From assembly GCF_006345805.1 (NCBI RefSeq), contig NC_042999.1, forward strand, positions 69,502,001 to 69,566,000: a stretch of DNA of 64,000 nucleotides, written 5' to 3'. This document shows positions 62,901-64,000 of the stretch, piece after piece. Made by a program: the position numbers and the translations under genes. Each line of letters begins with the position of its first letter. Within the stretch, counting starts at the first letter, position 1. A model generated the notes under the pieces. The model was not told the DNA's origin and searched no databases. It worked only from the letters and a program-made list of their open reading frames with translations. The stretch is from Octopus sinensis (Eukaryota).

Positions 62901-63772
62901 TATATAAATTGTGTTCGTCATTGGGTACATGTCATGTATTGTCATTTAATAAGTCACTTCAAATATTCATCATCATCATCATCATTTAACATTTTTGATC
63001 CATGCTGGCATGATTGGACAGTTTGACATGGAGCTGATGGGTCCAAGGACTGTATTGTATTCTACTCTGTCTGCTTTGGTATTGTTTCTATGACTGGGTG
63101 CCAACCACTTTACAGGATGTCCTGAGTGTTTTTTTTTTTCTTTTTTGTGCCAGCCAGTGAGTGAGATTACATGCAGCTTACATGACTAGAAACACAGGGG
63201 AAGGATGGAGGAACAGGCTTTATACTAAGAGAAGGAGGATGAGCTAAAATAGGAGAGAAGGGTGCAGAACAGGTTTCTTGCTGTAGAGATGCGGCATGCT
63301 TAGTACACGTTACTCCATAAGGAGCATAGGGCCAGTTTCTTGCTTCCTCTAGAGCAGTGCTACTTGAAGTGAAATAATGGTGATGAGGTGTCTGGATGGA
63401 ACCTCATACAAGGGGAGAAGAAATGAGTGGGGACAGAGGAACTGGAGAATGTAGTTGGTGGAGGTTGCAGGAATATGTCAGGAGTGAAATTTTAAAAATT
63501 ATTTTAGTTATTACTTATGACATTTTTAATTCAAGGTGACATTGTCACTTTCCTCTACTCTTTTACTTGTTTCAGTCATTTAACTGTGGCCATGCTGGAG
63601 CACTGCCGTTAGTCGAACAAATCAACCCCAAGAGTTATTCTTTGTAAACCTAATACTTATCCTATCATTCTCAATTGCCGAACTGCTAAGTTATGGGGAT
63701 GTAAGCATGCCAACATTTGTGTCAAGCGATAGTGAGGGCACAAACACAGACATACAAATACACACACACATG

Positions 63773-63836
<64 letters not shown>

Positions 63837-63967
63837 CAAAGAAAGAAGGAAGGAATTAATTCTGTATACAGAACAACCATGTAGTGCTTAGAATATGACC
63901 TATATGAATAATATAGGCATCGACAGAAGACACAAAATTCAGGTTATTGATAAAGGAAAATTGTTTA

Positions 63968-64000
<33 letters not shown>

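Overview
AT-rich, repeat-saturated animal genomic DNA. The SINE/LINE families resemble those I recall from Octopus (coleoid cephalopod); this is inference. Almost the whole window is one minus-strand gene, CEP72 (centrosomal LRR/coiled-coil protein). I chained 14 coding exons by hand (54918 down to 634, 1657 nt, about 551 codons, phases consistent; one donor is uncertain). The first coding exon was not found and the last exon(s) lie below position 1. One intron (51699-53420) has U12 minor-spliceosome signals. The introns hold a near-full-length RTE LINE with two frameshifts (58.5-62.3 kb), about 30 truncated copies of its 3' end, a full-length decayed mariner, a DD37D remnant, R4/Dong-like elements in (TAA)n, tRNA-derived SINEs, several MITE families and many microsatellites. 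The most unusual signal is a Penelope-like element carrying a tRNA-like A/B-box module and a minimal hammerhead ribozyme, present as three divergent inverted pairs plus a single copy, and a second, different hammerhead family present as an inverted duplicate. No CRISPR array, rRNA or functional tRNA was seen.
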